The notes under the pieces were generated by a model. It saw nothing but the letters and a program-made list of their open reading frames with translations. It did no database searches and was not told the DNA's origin. Made by a program: the position numbers and the translations under genes. A stretch of DNA of 64,000 bases from NCBI GenBank assembly GCA_016934035.1, contig JAFGTP010000012.1, positions 11,879-75,878 on the forward strand. The letters run 5' to 3'. Numbering within the stretch: position 1 is the stretch's first letter; every line of letters begins with the position of its first letter. Shown here piece by piece: positions 51,329 through 61,914 of this stretch. The stretch comes from Fidelibacterota bacterium (GTDB lineage Bacteria > Fidelibacterota > UBA2242 > JAFGTP01).

Positions 51329-54300
51329 TCATTTTAGATAGGTGATTTTTTTCATCATGATATTTCTGCCGGATTGGGTTTCGCTTTCAAATCGCAGAAA
51401 ATAGGTCCCTGAAGCCAGGTGTTGACGGTTTTCATCGGTTCCGTTCCAGGAGACCTGGTGATAGCCCTGGTTGGCGATACCATCGAATATAGCCCTGACT
51501 TTTTGACCCTTCAGATTGTAAACGAAAATTTGGATTTTGGCCAGGTCTGTCAGACTGAAGCGAATGGTCGTCTCGGCATTAAAGGGGTTTGGATAGACGG
51601 ATTCGATATGAAAATCTTTGCTAATATCAGGCCGAGAGGTTTCGTCAGGTACTGGATTTTTGAAAAGCTGATAAATGCCTGTTTCCTCAATCGGAAAGTG
51701 ATCGGTGCCGGACCGGACAAAAGACCAGCGGTTATTTTTGTAATGATAGAGAAAGGCCGGTTGCCGGGTCCCAAAAAATAATTTTGCTTTTTGTAAAAAT
51801 TGAATGTTTGAAGGCCCGATTTTAATGGGCTGAGACAACGGTTCCATTGTTTCATTCGGGGTGATGTCCAGGGCCTCAGCGGTCAGGGTCAGGCTTACGG
51901 TTCGATCCAGGCTATTGGCCGGCAGTTTAAAAACGACTGAACCTGATTGGAGAATTGCCTGTTCTGGGCCGGTGACTTTGGTCAAACTGATTGTGGTGGA
52001 ATGGGAACGGGTGTTGCCAGCATAGTCGATCAGGTCAACATCAATGGCCAGTGAACCATAGTCAGGTAAAAAGTATTTATGGTAATAGATATTTGAGTTT
52101 TGTGAAATTTTTGACACTTCGATTTCCTGGTTATTAAGTCTGGCGCTGATACTGCTTACAGGTTCAACGGGAATGATAAAGAGGGTCATATCTTTGGGTA
52201 TCAGAAAATTTTGTGTATACATAAACCGGCATTCCGGTGGTGTGGTATCGGCAATTTTTTGTGCTGTCAATATGAAGGATTTATGGACCTCATCCAGGTT
52301 AAAAGTGTAGGAAGAGATGGCGCCAAGGTCTTCCACCAGGGTTTCTCCGGTTTCATTTTTGAGTGAGAAGCGCAGGTTGCCCGGCACCGTATTTAAAAAA
52401 GGCCACAGGATTTTAAAATTTTTCCCTCTGTTTTCCTGATTGGTTGTTATTTTAAAATTCCATTCGCTTTCAGTCTCAAAATCCCCGTGCAGATCATAGG
52501 TAAATTTTCGGCCGTTTTCATGAAGGAAATAGAGGCTGATATAATCGTCATTTTGGGAATCAAATTCAAAGGCGTCCCAGCCATCTTCCTGGTCCAGGGC
52601 GTTTTCATAAACACCAATGCCATTCTCCGTGTCTGACAGTAAATTGTCTTCTGAAAAAACGCTTAGTTTTAAAAACCATTCCCATTCGGAAAAGGTGCTG
52701 GCGGGTTTGATGTTAAATTTCGGGTCAATAGTATAAATGGATTCAATGAGGATTTCTTCCTGGCTGGTGCTTTTGGGAATTGCATTTGGCTGGTAGGGAA
52801 TTTTCAATCGAAAAGTCTCCGGTGATGAGGTCCGCTGTACAAACCAGAATCCTTGCCAGGTTTTGATTTTGTCTGTATGGTTGAAATAGTTGGGAGCAAC
52901 GAGTTCATATTGGCTGGAATTATGGTTCCAGGTGTAGGCATAGACAGAGACGTAGGGCAAAATAAAAGCTATCCAAAGCGGATAATCTACACCATTATAG
53001 CGGACTGAAGTGTTTGACCAATCCATGGCAAAGTTAAAGGGGTTGGCAAACATATTGAATCCCGGAGCTGGTGGGTCCCAGTCTGCTTCCGGTGCAGGCG
53101 CAATGTTCAGAAGCATATCTTCTGTGACGGGCTCTCCGGTGACGTCCAGGACGACAGGGTCACCATAATCCTGCCAGAGGAAATGCCCCAGTCCGGGCCT
53201 GGGATTTTCCGGTTGATAGGGAGTACCATCGCCATATTCATAATATTCCGACACCTCATCTTCGGTACGCCAGCGAATGAAAGACCAGTGGTCATTGTCA
53301 AAGGGTGCTTCGCCGCCGAAATCATCACCGTAGACTGCCATCGGGTTTGTATTCTGGGGCATCACCGGTGGTCCGATCAGTACCCAGGTGGATTCCGGTA
53401 TGACATATTGGTGGGTTTCCACGACCGGTGCATTGGGGTCACCGGATAAAGATGCCTGGTTTGTATTCCCGTATGCACCTATATTTATTCTGCCTCCATT
53501 TATTGGAGGTTCACTGGAATAGGAATCGTTGGGATCGCCGGCATCCAGACAGGGAGAGGATGCATCATCTTTTGTCCAGGCTCCATTGTGATAGGAGCCG
53601 TATATACTTTTGATATGAAAATCTCCCCCGGCTGCATTGACAAACATGGGATCGGCAGATAATGAATTGGTGCCTTCAGCGATGCCACTATAATGGGTAT
53701 GGTTATCATAAAGACAGTTATAGGACAAGAGAGGTGTTGAGTTTTGAACCTGAAGGCCGAAAAATCCAGAATTTGAGTGTCCTGCAATGATGTTGTTCTT
53801 CCAGATCCCTGTCACATTTTTTCCATAGATTCCCGCAAGCCCGGTTTTGTAAAGGGTATTGTTGATAATATCCAGAGGATTATTGCCATTGTTATTGATG
53901 TAAATTCCACGGCTGCTCCAAATTCGGGAGGAATTATAAATCAGGTTGTTTCTGATAACCAGGTTTCTGACATTATCTACATAGATTCCGGCGCCTTCCA
54001 GAAAATCCGATATCGCATTCTCTGATATCAGATAGTTGCTGTCCTTTTTACCATTTCTTAAGGATATTCCATTAAAGGTATTACTGATGGTATTTTGTGC
54101 GATGTTTCCAAAGGATTTAAAATTATTCAAATAGATGCCATCCTGTTCACAATCACGAATGTTGTTATAAGAAACATTTCTGATATTGATTTCGGTGGTG
54201 GAAAATACATAGATGCCACATTTCATTACATTTGCAATGGTATTGTAATTCATGTCCGAAACATTGGTCTGATTGCAATGAATGCCATGATTGATATCCA

Positions 54301-55216
54301 CGGTATGAATGGAATTGTAGGAAATTTCATCAATATTGTCGGAGGAATTACAATATATTCCGTTGGAGAGCACACGTTCGATTATGTTGGAATTTATTTT
54401 TTTGACATTGCTTTTGTCAACGTAAATGGCATTTCCTGAATTAATTAAAGAGAGGTTGTTGTTGGAAATTTGACCTATTGGAAAACTGTTTTGAATGGCA
54501 ATACCTTCCTGATTAACATTACTGATAGTATTGCTGTTGATTGATTCAGCTATGGACATAAAAAGATAAATACCGGTACCACAGATTGAAATATTATTTT
54601 CTGTAATATTTACAAGTGAATTTTCGGTGATATTCGTAGAATATATACCGGCAAAGGTTTCATTTGAAATCTGATTTCCCCGAAACGTAAAGGTTCCGGA
54701 TGAATTAGCATGAAATATCCCGAATTGACCACAATTGTCAATTTCGCAGTCAATGACGGATATATTATCGGAATTATAAATATATATTCCTGAATGGTCA
54801 GTGAACCGCATTTTTAGATTTTTAAAAACAAGATTGCTTTCGGAATCAACCGTTATTGCTTTACTGAATCCGTTGCCGTTGATATATACATTTCCGGAAC
54901 TGGCAAAAGCCCCGAAATATTCTCCTGTTTTGTCTCCAAAGTAGGTAATTGGATTGCCTGATGTTCCTGAATGGCTGATGACCGGTGCATCATTATATTC
55001 ACCGGCAGCGATATAAATGGTTGATCCAGATTCGATAGCCTGTGAAGCTGCATAGGCGATAGTTTGCCAGGCGTTTTCCGGGCTCAGTCCATCATTGGCA
55101 TTATTACCATCGAACCTTACATAATAGGTTTCGCTGAAAAGTGATGGCATGAAAAGGACAAAAACCATAAAGATTTTTGCTGATAAATAAATGATGTGAT
55201 TAAAGTTTTTTTGCAT
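51329..55216 (-). CDS. 1295-aa secreted right-handed beta-helix (PbH1 repeat) protein with T9SS CTD
   Basis: Signal peptide; YYVRFDGNNANDGLSPENAWQTIAYAA...IYIAAGEY; many N.I.N....GI repeats; CTD VYPNPFNAETTIRFSL...IQIFVYNLKGQKV...GYHQVSWNG...SGTYFLRF. Confidence 0.8.
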   Translation of the reverse strand: MQKNFNHIIYLSAKIFMVFVLFMPSLFSETYYVRFDGNNANDGLSPENAWQTIAYAASQAIESGSTIYIAAGEYNDAPVISHSGTSGNPITYFGDKTGEYFGAFASSGNVYINGNGFSKAITVDSESNLVFKNLKMRFTDHSGIYIYNSDNISVIDCEIDNCGQFGIFHANSSGTFTFRGNQISNETFAGIYSTNITENSLVNITENNISICGTGIYLFMSIAESINSNTISNVNQEGIAIQNSFPIGQISNNNLSLINSGNAIYVDKSNVKKINSNIIERVLSNGIYCNSSDNIDEISYNSIHTVDINHGIHCNQTNVSDMNYNTIANVMKCGIYVFSTTEINIRNVSYNNIRDCEQDGIYLNNFKSFGNIAQNTISNTFNGISLRNGKKDSNYLISENAISDFLEGAGIYVDNVRNLVIRNNLIYNSSRIWSSRGIYINNNGNNPLDIINNTLYKTGLAGIYGKNVTGIWKNNIIAGHSNSGFFGLQVQNSTPLLSYNCLYDNHTHYSGIAEGTNSLSADPMFVNAAGGDFHIKSIYGSYHNGAWTKDDASSPCLDAGDPNDSYSSEPPINGGRINIGAYGNTNQASLSGDPNAPVVETHQYVIPESTWVLIGPPVMPQNTNPMAVYGDDFGGEAPFDNDHWSFIRWRTEDEVSEYYEYGDGTPYQPENPRPGLGHFLWQDYGDPVVLDVTGEPVTEDMLLNIAPAPEADWDPPAPGFNMFANPFNFAMDWSNTSVRYNGVDYPLWIAFILPYVSVYAYTWNHNSSQYELVAPNYFNHTDKIKTWQGFWFVQRTSSPETFRLKIPYQPNAIPKSTSQEEILIESIYTIDPKFNIKPASTFSEWEWFLKLSVFSEDNLLSDTENGIGVYENALDQEDGWDAFEFDSQNDDYISLYFLHENGRKFTYDLHGDFETESEWNFKITTNQENRGKNFKILWPFLNTVPGNLRFSLKNETGETLVEDLGAISSYTFNLDEVHKSFILTAQKIADTTPPECRFMYTQNFLIPKDMTLFIIPVEPVSSISARLNNQEIEVSKISQNSNIYYHKYFLPDYGSLAIDVDLIDYAGNTRSHSTTISLTKVTGPEQAILQSGSVVFKLPANSLDRTVSLTLTAEALDITPNETMEPLSQPIKIGPSNIQFLQKAKLFFGTRQPAFLYHYKNNRWSFVRSGTDHFPIEETGIYQLFKNPVPDETSRPDISKDFHIESVYPNPFNAETTIRFSLTDLAKIQIFVYNLKGQKVRAIFDGIANQGYHQVSWNGTDENRQHLASGTYFLRFESETQSGRNIMMKKITYLK
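51332..51628 (-). other. T9SS type-A CTD (more divergent copy)
   Basis: DFHIESVYPNPFNAETTIRFSLTDLAKIQIFVYNLKGQKVRAIFDG...ASGTYFLRFESETQSGRNIMMKKITYLK. Confidence 0.75.
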
Positions 55217-55287
55217 AATTTTCCTTGTTTTGTTTCAAACAACTAAACCGCAGATTAATAGCAAAAATTATGCACAAAAAAAATTGA

Positions 55288-55325
55288 ACAAAAAACAGGG
55301 CAAAGCAGTATCTCTTTGCCCTGTT
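55288..55325 (-). terminator. Rho-independent terminator of thyX
   Basis: 11-bp stem ACAGGGCAAAG / CTTTGCCCTGT. The minus-strand transcript continues with TTTTTTG. Confidence 0.75.
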
Positions 55326-55349
55326 TAAAATAAGTTTGATTGGTATTTT

Positions 55350-56186
55350 TCAGGAGTCTAAAATTCTTTTCAATTTGATTTCAAACTCTGTTTTATTGAT
55401 TCCTTTCAGACGATGATCCTGGCCGGATAATTTTGCCTTCAGAGCGGCAACTTCATCACCGGAGAACCTGATTGAGTTAAGGAGGTGGTCTTCAAAGGCC
55501 TGGTAGGCGATTGGTGCCACAGCTTTGGCCATTTCTGCCATCACTTTTCCATATTCCCTGATTTCCCATTGAGCGTGATAATCGAGGCGCAATTTCAGGA
55601 AATGAAAGAGGTTGTGTAGGTCAATATTCCAGTACCATTGGGTATATAGAGAAAGTGGCAGGTTGATTCGCGCCAGTTCCCGCGCAAGGTCATCCTCCAG
55701 CATGGCGTTGTAATCATGATAGGATTGTTTGTTGGATTTTATAAGAAGATCCAAAACTTTTTGTTTGAGTTCTTCTGGTACTTCATCCAGTGATCTGCCC
55801 TGACGATTGTCTTTGTTTTGAAAACTGATCTGGTCGGCAGGAGGAACATAAAATTCGTTTTCCATGACCGAATAGCGGCCGGATATCTCGTTGATTCGGG
55901 CAGTCCTGTGGCGGACCCACTGGCGGGCAACAAAAATGGGCATTTTGCAATGAAAAGTCAGCATTACTTGTTCAAATGGCGAAGTGTGCTCATGGCTGAT
56001 GAGATAATTGATGAGGCCTCTGTCTTCTCTGACAGACTTGGTCCCTTTGCCGTAAGAAACCCTGGCAGACTGAACTATCCGCTGGTCGCCTCCCATATAG
56101 TCCACTAATCGGACAAAACCATGGTCCAGGACTTTGTACTCAATATCTAATATTTTTTCTGCAGCTTCTGAAAATTCATGGGCCAT
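55350..56186 (-). CDS. thyX: FAD-dependent thymidylate synthase
   Basis: ThyX signature RHRTARINEISGRYS (RHR-x7-S-x-RY). AAGGAG RBS. Confidence 0.9.
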   Translation of the reverse strand: MAHEFSEAAEKILDIEYKVLDHGFVRLVDYMGGDQRIVQSARVSYGKGTKSVREDRGLINYLISHEHTSPFEQVMLTFHCKMPIFVARQWVRHRTARINEISGRYSVMENEFYVPPADQISFQNKDNRQGRSLDEVPEELKQKVLDLLIKSNKQSYHDYNAMLEDDLARELARINLPLSLYTQWYWNIDLHNLFHFLKLRLDYHAQWEIREYGKVMAEMAKAVAPIAYQAFEDHLLNSIRFSGDEVAALKAKLSGQDHRLKGINKTEFEIKLKRILDS

Positions 56187-56198
56187 TCTGGATCTCCT

Positions 56199-56648
56199 TT
56201 AATATTTTTCCCGAAACAGTGCCAGGATGGCCGAATGAGGAATGATGATATAGGTATGGTTTTCAATTTCTACTTCTACGCCGGCTTTTTTAATGAAGAT
56301 GGCATAATCACCAACTTTAGCCTGAAGAGGAATATACTCAGGCTCCGGGGCATCCTCGGCTGATTCCCAGGGTTCAAAGTCTTCTTCCTCTTCGCCCCAG
56401 GACTGAATATAACCCGGGCCGGTCTGTATGATGAAGCCACCCTGAACTTTTTCTTTTTGCTTTACGCCGGGTGGCAGGTAAAGTCCGCCGGCTGATTGCT
56501 GCTGGTCTTTGCTGGGATCGATCAGCACTTTATCACCGATCAATATAATTTCTCTGTCTTTAAAATCTGTCAATTGATTACCTTCTTCTGAAAATTGTTG
56601 TTTTAAAAATCGTGCCTCAAATTTTGCTAAAAATCTGGAATTATTCAA
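56199..56648 (-). CDS. GroES/Cpn10-like protein with N-terminal extension and acidic insertion
   Basis: ILIGDKVLIDPSKDQQQSAGGLYLPPGVKQKEKVQGGFIIQTGPG ... AKVGDYAIFIKKAGVEVEIENHTYIIIPHSAILALF aligns by eye with GroES. The track start is a TTG without an RBS. An alternative TTG at 56573 (GAAGG upstream) would give a more GroES-like N-terminus. Confidence 0.55.
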   Translation of the reverse strand: MNNSRFLAKFEARFLKQQFSEEGNQLTDFKDREIILIGDKVLIDPSKDQQQSAGGLYLPPGVKQKEKVQGGFIIQTGPGYIQSWGEEEEDFEPWESAEDAPEPEYIPLQAKVGDYAIFIKKAGVEVEIENHTYIIIPHSAILALFREKY

Positions 56649-56685
56649 GTTAATTCTAATGCCTGAAAGGAAATTGATGATGAAA

Positions 56686-56726
56686 TAAAAAAGGCAAAGG
56701 ATGGTAGATCCCTTGCCTTTTTTTCA
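56686..56726 (-). terminator. Rho-independent terminator of the OPT transporter gene
   Basis: AAGGCAAAGGA / TCCCTTGCCTT (10 of 11 paired) with T-tracts on both strands. Confidence 0.65.
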
Positions 56727-56744
56727 CCATTTATTTATGATCGT

Positions 56745-58751
56745 TTATTCTTTTTCCCGGGTCGAATCCCAGTAGAGATAGAGACAGAGTAAAATGAACA
56801 TCACAAAACCGAGAATTTCAGCTGAAGCTGATTCGGACCAGTGTTCCGTTCCGATAGCGTGCATGATCGTCCAATCAGGATTGATAAATTGTTTGCCGAT
56901 AAAAACAATAAAAGCAGAGATTACTCCCATGATGGCACCGCCGGCGATGAACCCTGATGCAATGAGTGTTCCCTTGTCTTTGCGTTTTTTGGTAACTTCT
57001 TCATTTTTGCTGCTTTTGGATACAAAATGGGCGATAATACCACCGGCCAGAATGGGTGTATTCAGATAAATTGGCAGATACATACCCAGTGCAAAAGCCA
57101 GTGGGGGAATGCCGATCAGTTCCAAAATGATGGCCAGAAAAATGCCGGCGATGTAGAGCATCCAGGGCGCCTGGCTTCCGGTCATTAAGGGTTCCAGCAC
57201 TGCTGCCATGGCTGAAGCCTGAGGGGCTTCCAGACCACCGGGACCGAAACCATAAGTTTTATAGAGAATCAGAATAACCAGCCCAACAGAGGCAGCGGAA
57301 AAAATAGTGCCCAGAAATTTATATTTTTCCTGCTTCATCGGCGTGGTTCCCAGCCAGTATCCGATTTTCAGGTCTGTGATAAATCCGCCCGCCATGGACA
57401 AGGCCGTACAGACCGTGCCGCCAATGAGCAACGCCGCCAGCATTCCCAATTCACCGGACAATCCGGCTTTGACCAGAATAACCGATGATAAGATCAGAGT
57501 CATCAGCGTCATGCCGGACACCGGGTTTGTGCCCACGATGGCAATGGCCCGGGCAGCGACAGTTGTGAATAAGAATGAGATAATCATCACGATTAGCAAT
57601 CCCACAATCGCGTGCCAGATATTCAGATGGACAACACCAAAGAGCAGGAACAGAAAAAGACCGATAAAGGTGAACAGCAGAAACAATGATATCCATTTCA
57701 TTTGAATATCTTTTTGGGTTCTTTCGGAAGATTCTTTACTGGTACCAACACCACCACGCAGTTCTGTTGCAGCCAGTTTAAAAGCGCCGGCTATAATTTT
57801 GGAAGATTTTAGAATGCCGATAATTCCGGCAGCCGCAATTCCGCCAATGCCGATATGGCGAACATATTCAGAAAAAATATCCTGAGGAGCCATGTCCTTT
57901 ATAGCGATGGTTGCATTCATAATGGGGCCGGGAATATATTGCCCGATGAAATAAACAGCCGGAATTAAAACCCACCAGGCCAGAAAGGAACCCGCAGCAA
58001 TAATCATTGCGTACTTCAATCCCACAATGTAGCCCAGCCCCATAACGGCCGCCCCAATATTTATTTTCAATACCAATTTAAATTTGTCCGACAGGGCTTG
58101 TCCCCAGCCAAAGACTTGTGTGGAAACGACTTCTTTCCAAAAACCGAACCCGGAGACACAAAAATCATAGATACCGCCAATGGTTGCTGCCGTTACCAGC
58201 ACCTTGGCCTGGCTGCCGCCGGACTCTCCGGCAATCAGCACTTCGGTTGTGGCCGTGGCTTCGGGAAAGGGAAATTCCCCGTGCATGTCCTTGACAAAAT
58301 ATTTTCGAAAGGGTATGAGAAACAATATGCCCAGGAAGCCACCAGTCAGGGAGGCAAGAAAAATCTGGAGAAAAGAGGCTTCCAGTCCCAGAATATACAA
58401 GCCCGGAATAGTAAAAATGGCACCGGCTACGATAACTCCCGATGAGGCCCCGATCGACTGAATAATCACATTTTCCTGCAAGGCGTTTTTACGTTTTAAC
58501 ATCACTGAAGTGCCAACAGCTAGAATGGCAATGGGAATTGCCGCTTCAAAGACCTGTCCGATTTTTAAGCCCAAATAGGCTGCCGCCATTGAAAAAAGTA
58601 CGGAATAAAATAGGCCCCAACTGAGAGAATATGGGGTGACTTCCGGTACAATTTTGTCAGCGGGTATAACAGGCTGGTAAACTTCTCCCTCATTCAGTTT
58701 ACGATAAGCGTTTTCCGGTAATTTGATATTGCCGGATTTTGAATCTGTCAT
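56745..58751 (-). CDS. OPT-family oligopeptide transporter
   Basis: 668 aa with ~16 TM segments. The N-terminus is typical of the bacterial OPT family (VYQPVIPADK...TPYSLSWGLF...AAYLGLKIGQ). GGAGGG RBS. Confidence 0.85.
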   Translation of the reverse strand: MTDSKSGNIKLPENAYRKLNEGEVYQPVIPADKIVPEVTPYSLSWGLFYSVLFSMAAAYLGLKIGQVFEAAIPIAILAVGTSVMLKRKNALQENVIIQSIGASSGVIVAGAIFTIPGLYILGLEASFLQIFLASLTGGFLGILFLIPFRKYFVKDMHGEFPFPEATATTEVLIAGESGGSQAKVLVTAATIGGIYDFCVSGFGFWKEVVSTQVFGWGQALSDKFKLVLKINIGAAVMGLGYIVGLKYAMIIAAGSFLAWWVLIPAVYFIGQYIPGPIMNATIAIKDMAPQDIFSEYVRHIGIGGIAAAGIIGILKSSKIIAGAFKLAATELRGGVGTSKESSERTQKDIQMKWISLFLLFTFIGLFLFLLFGVVHLNIWHAIVGLLIVMIISFLFTTVAARAIAIVGTNPVSGMTLMTLILSSVILVKAGLSGELGMLAALLIGGTVCTALSMAGGFITDLKIGYWLGTTPMKQEKYKFLGTIFSAASVGLVILILYKTYGFGPGGLEAPQASAMAAVLEPLMTGSQAPWMLYIAGIFLAIILELIGIPPLAFALGMYLPIYLNTPILAGGIIAHFVSKSSKNEEVTKKRKDKGTLIASGFIAGGAIMGVISAFIVFIGKQFINPDWTIMHAIGTEHWSESASAEILGFVMFILLCLYLYWDSTREKE

Positions 58752-58812
58752 AAAATCCCTCCATTTTTTATTTTAAAGAAAATTGTATAAAAATGGTAAT
58801 TTTGCGAAGGAT

Positions 58813-59085
58813 TTAACGAATTTTTGTTGTGACACTTTGTTTGATGTAATCCGAAACAGTGTCAAAAATCACATTGATTTCATCGTCATTTAAAGATTCT
58901 AGCCAATTGCGTACTTTATATCCGTATTTTTGAGCCCATTCAAAATATGCCTGTTTTCCAACATCAGAGCCAACCTGCTCGCTACAAATATATTTGTATT
59001 TTTCCATTTCAGATATTTGTATTGCCATCTCTTTTTCATGTCTTGAAAGAACTCTTCTTTGAACTATGATACAATCTCCATCCAT
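58813..59085 (-). CDS. Hypothetical 90-aa protein
   Basis: An intact ORF with no motif I can assign and a weak RBS. Confidence 0.4.
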   Translation of the reverse strand: MDGDCIIVQRRVLSRHEKEMAIQISEMEKYKYICSEQVGSDVGKQAYFEWAQKYGYKVRNWLESLNDDEINVIFDTVSDYIKQSVTTKIR

Positions 59086-59250
59086 TTGAAAAAAATCCCT
59101 AAAAATTATAATTAAACTAACAAAATCCCCGCATGAATTTAGGATGATTTAAAAATATCGGCAATAAAAAATAAAAAAACTTGGTTTTTTCCTTCGTAAA
59201 TTTCTAGTTTATCAGAGAAATTAGAAAAATAATTTTCGACGGAGAGAACA

Positions 59251-60360
59251 ATGAAGATAAAAAATGTAACCGTTTTCATTTTAATGGTTTTGCTGGGTGC
59301 AAAACTTTTTGCTGCCGATTTTATCAATAATGTTGAAAAACTGGTGGGATACAATGCAAAATCCTATGCCATGCCTCTGGTTGAGGGCTTTGGTAGCAGC
59401 ATGAATTCCGGACTCTATAAAAAAGCTTCTGTAGATCCGGGCAAACTTATTCCCATTGGTTTTGATATTGGTATTGCAAATTTTTATGCTTTTGTGCCCG
59501 ATGACAAAATGGACTTTGCCCACCAATTGGAAGATTTTCAGTTTAATTATACCCTGATGTCCGGAAACCAGCAAATCGCTGAAATCCCCATTTCCTTTAA
59601 AGATATTTACACCACTGATAAAGATAGAACCCCCAATATTGCCGGATCGGAAAAAGGCGTCAAATGTACGCTTAAAAGTGATGATGAAATATTTCAGACA
59701 ATTTCTGAAAGACTGCAGTCAGCGGGAGTCAATCAGGCTATTATCGATGCCAATGAAAGCGCAATAAAAGCTTATATCAACGAATCACTCAACAATGAAT
59801 ATTCGTCCTTCACATTTCCCAAGGGTCTGGGGATCAGCGCCATGACAGCCCTGGCTTTGCAGGCTAATGTCAGACTGCCTTTTATCGGTCTGGAAGTGAC
59901 GGGACGCTATCTGCCGCCAATGCAATTCAGTGCTGATTTGGGCGAAATCAACTTGTTGGGCGTCGGCTTGAGAAAAAGTGTGCCGGTGCCAATCCTTGAT
60001 GTTACTGTCGGTGCTTTTGTTCAGCAGTTGAAAATCGGAGAGTTTTTTACAATGGACGCCAGGATGTTGCACGCCGAAGTGGGAAAATCTATCGGTATTC
60101 CTTTTCTTTTCAGTCTTTCTCCTTACGCTGGTATTGGCTATGCACAGACAAAGGCAGAACTCGACTATACGATTCCAGCCGGAACTATACCGGGATTTAA
60201 CATCGATCAAAAACTCAAATATACCATCAAACCCGATGACCAGTTTGTTGTTACTGTAGGGGCCACGGCGCAGATCATTCCACTGACCTATCTGAACCTG
60301 GAACTCAACCAGAGCGATTATTTAACAGCCTGCATCAAACTGGGTGTAATTTTAAAATAA
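59251..60360 (+). CDS. Hypothetical secreted / outer-membrane protein (369 aa)
   Basis: GGAGAG RBS and signal peptide MKIKNVTVFILMVLLGAKLFAA. The C-terminal half has alternating hydrophobic residues suggestive of beta strands. No family was recognised with confidence. Confidence 0.55.
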   Translation: MKIKNVTVFILMVLLGAKLFAADFINNVEKLVGYNAKSYAMPLVEGFGSSMNSGLYKKASVDPGKLIPIGFDIGIANFYAFVPDDKMDFAHQLEDFQFNYTLMSGNQQIAEIPISFKDIYTTDKDRTPNIAGSEKGVKCTLKSDDEIFQTISERLQSAGVNQAIIDANESAIKAYINESLNNEYSSFTFPKGLGISAMTALALQANVRLPFIGLEVTGRYLPPMQFSADLGEINLLGVGLRKSVPVPILDVTVGAFVQQLKIGEFFTMDARMLHAEVGKSIGIPFLFSLSPYAGIGYAQTKAELDYTIPAGTIPGFNIDQKLKYTIKPDDQFVVTVGATAQIIPLTYLNLELNQSDYLTACIKLGVILK

Positions 60361-60373
60361 CCGGAGAAAATGA

Positions 60374-61138
60374 ATGCCTAAATGGACGGGAACGCTAATT
60401 GGAGGCGGAATCGGATGGGTGCTGGCCGGACCTATCGGTGCATTAATTGGTGCTGCGATCGGCAATATGTTCAATACTGATCAAGCCGGTACTTATCGGC
60501 AAACTTATTCTAACCAATATTACCAGGGTGGGTACCAAAAAGAGACCAGGCATCAGACAAAACCGGGTGATTTTGCCGTAGCCCTGTTGGTTCTTTTTGC
60601 CTATGTGACCAAAGCTGACAAACAGATTTTGTCGGCAGAAATCCAATATGTCAAAAAATATCTCATTCAAAAATTCGGGATGGGTAACGCCCAGGAAATG
60701 ATGTATCTATACAAAGATATTTTAGACAAGGAATACAATATTCAGCATATCTGCCAGCAGGTGAATTTTCACCTTGATCATTACTCAAAACTTGAAATGC
60801 TGCATATTTTATTCGGTATTGCTAACGCAGATAAACGCATCACGGAACCTGAACTTCAGGCAATCAGCCTGATATCCGGTTATCTGGGTATTTCAGCCGC
60901 TGAATATAAGTCCATTCAAGCTATTTTTGTCAAGCAGGATAATCAAGCCTATGGCATTCTTGGCATTAACCGCAACGCAACCGATGAGGAAATCAAAAAG
61001 GCATATCGGGACCTGGCCGTCAAACATCATCCGGATAAAGTGGCGAGCCTGGGTGAAGAGTTTCAAAAAGTTGCAGAGGAAAAATTTAAAGCTGTTAATA
61101 ATGCCTATCAGACTATCAGGCAGGAACGTGGGTTTTGA
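60374..61138 (+). CDS. DjlA-like co-chaperone (N-terminal TM, TerB-like middle domain, C-terminal J domain)
   Basis: Gly-rich TM segment [27 protein letters not shown] and J domain [30 protein letters not shown]. Confidence 0.8.
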   Translation: MPKWTGTLIGGGIGWVLAGPIGALIGAAIGNMFNTDQAGTYRQTYSNQYYQGGYQKETRHQTKPGDFAVALLVLFAYVTKADKQILSAEIQYVKKYLIQKFGMGNAQEMMYLYKDILDKEYNIQHICQQVNFHLDHYSKLEMLHILFGIANADKRITEPELQAISLISGYLGISAAEYKSIQAIFVKQDNQAYGILGINRNATDEEIKKAYRDLAVKHHPDKVASLGEEFQKVAEEKFKAVNNAYQTIRQERGF

Positions 61139-61914
61139 TGAAAGTGAAACAACTGGATATTTTGACATCCTTTATAAGACCTCAGATTTTGCATTTTGAG
61201 GAAATTGATTCCACAAACAAATATCTCCTCGAAAAGGACCATCCCAATGGCACCGTGGCCCTGGCTGATTTTCAGTCGGCCGGAAGAGGAAGATTGGATA
61301 GAAAATGGGAGGCATCAAAATCAGATGCTCTGCTTTTTTCATTGGTCCTGAGCGACAACATCAATCAATATCATCCCTGTATTTTATCCCTGATCACCTC
61401 TGTGGCTGTGTACGAAAGCCTGAAAAAAGTCTATTATCACCTTCCGCTGGCATTGAAATGGCCCAATGACGTCATTTCCAACAAAAAGAAGCTATGTGGA
61501 ATTTTGATAGAAACCCGATCAACCGGCTCAGAATTTTCCAAAATTGTCATTGGAATCGGAGTAAACATCAACCAATCCCGGAATTTTTTTGAAAAAGAGG
61601 GACTCGATCATGGTACATCCCTCCTTTTGGAAACCGGACAACAGGGAGATCGGATTTATATACTAAAATCCATTCTGGAGGCACTGGAAGAAAACCTGTT
61701 CTATTCCAGAGACCATGAAATACAGGATGTTCTGTACCGATGGAAAAACTACTGCCCCTATATTGGCAAAATAGTAAAATTAAACGAAAAAGAGGAAGAT
61801 CATATCGGCATTTTTGAAGACCTGACCCCGGAAGGAGGAATGATCCTCAACCAGAATGGTGAACGAAAAATTTTTTATGCTGCCGATGTATCCTTTGATA
61901 AGGAATATCTCTAA
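61138..61914 (+). CDS. birA: Biotin--[acetyl-CoA-carboxylase] ligase (no N-terminal HTH)
   Basis: QSAGRGRLDRKW, KWPNDV and GILIE motifs. ATG 61138 overlaps the djlA-like stop (TGATG). Confidence 0.9.
   Translation: MKVKQLDILTSFIRPQILHFEEIDSTNKYLLEKDHPNGTVALADFQSAGRGRLDRKWEASKSDALLFSLVLSDNINQYHPCILSLITSVAVYESLKKVYYHLPLALKWPNDVISNKKKLCGILIETRSTGSEFSKIVIGIGVNINQSRNFFEKEGLDHGTSLLLETGQQGDRIYILKSILEALEENLFYSRDHEIQDVLYRWKNYCPYIGKIVKLNEKEEDHIGIFEDLTPEGGMILNQNGERKIFYAADVSFDKEYL

Noticed and set aside
56757-56770. tRNA T-arm-like GGGTCGAATCCC.
   Set aside because: It lies inside the 3' end of the OPT transporter CDS, and no acceptor, D or anticodon arms surround it. I recognised no tRNA genes anywhere in the window.
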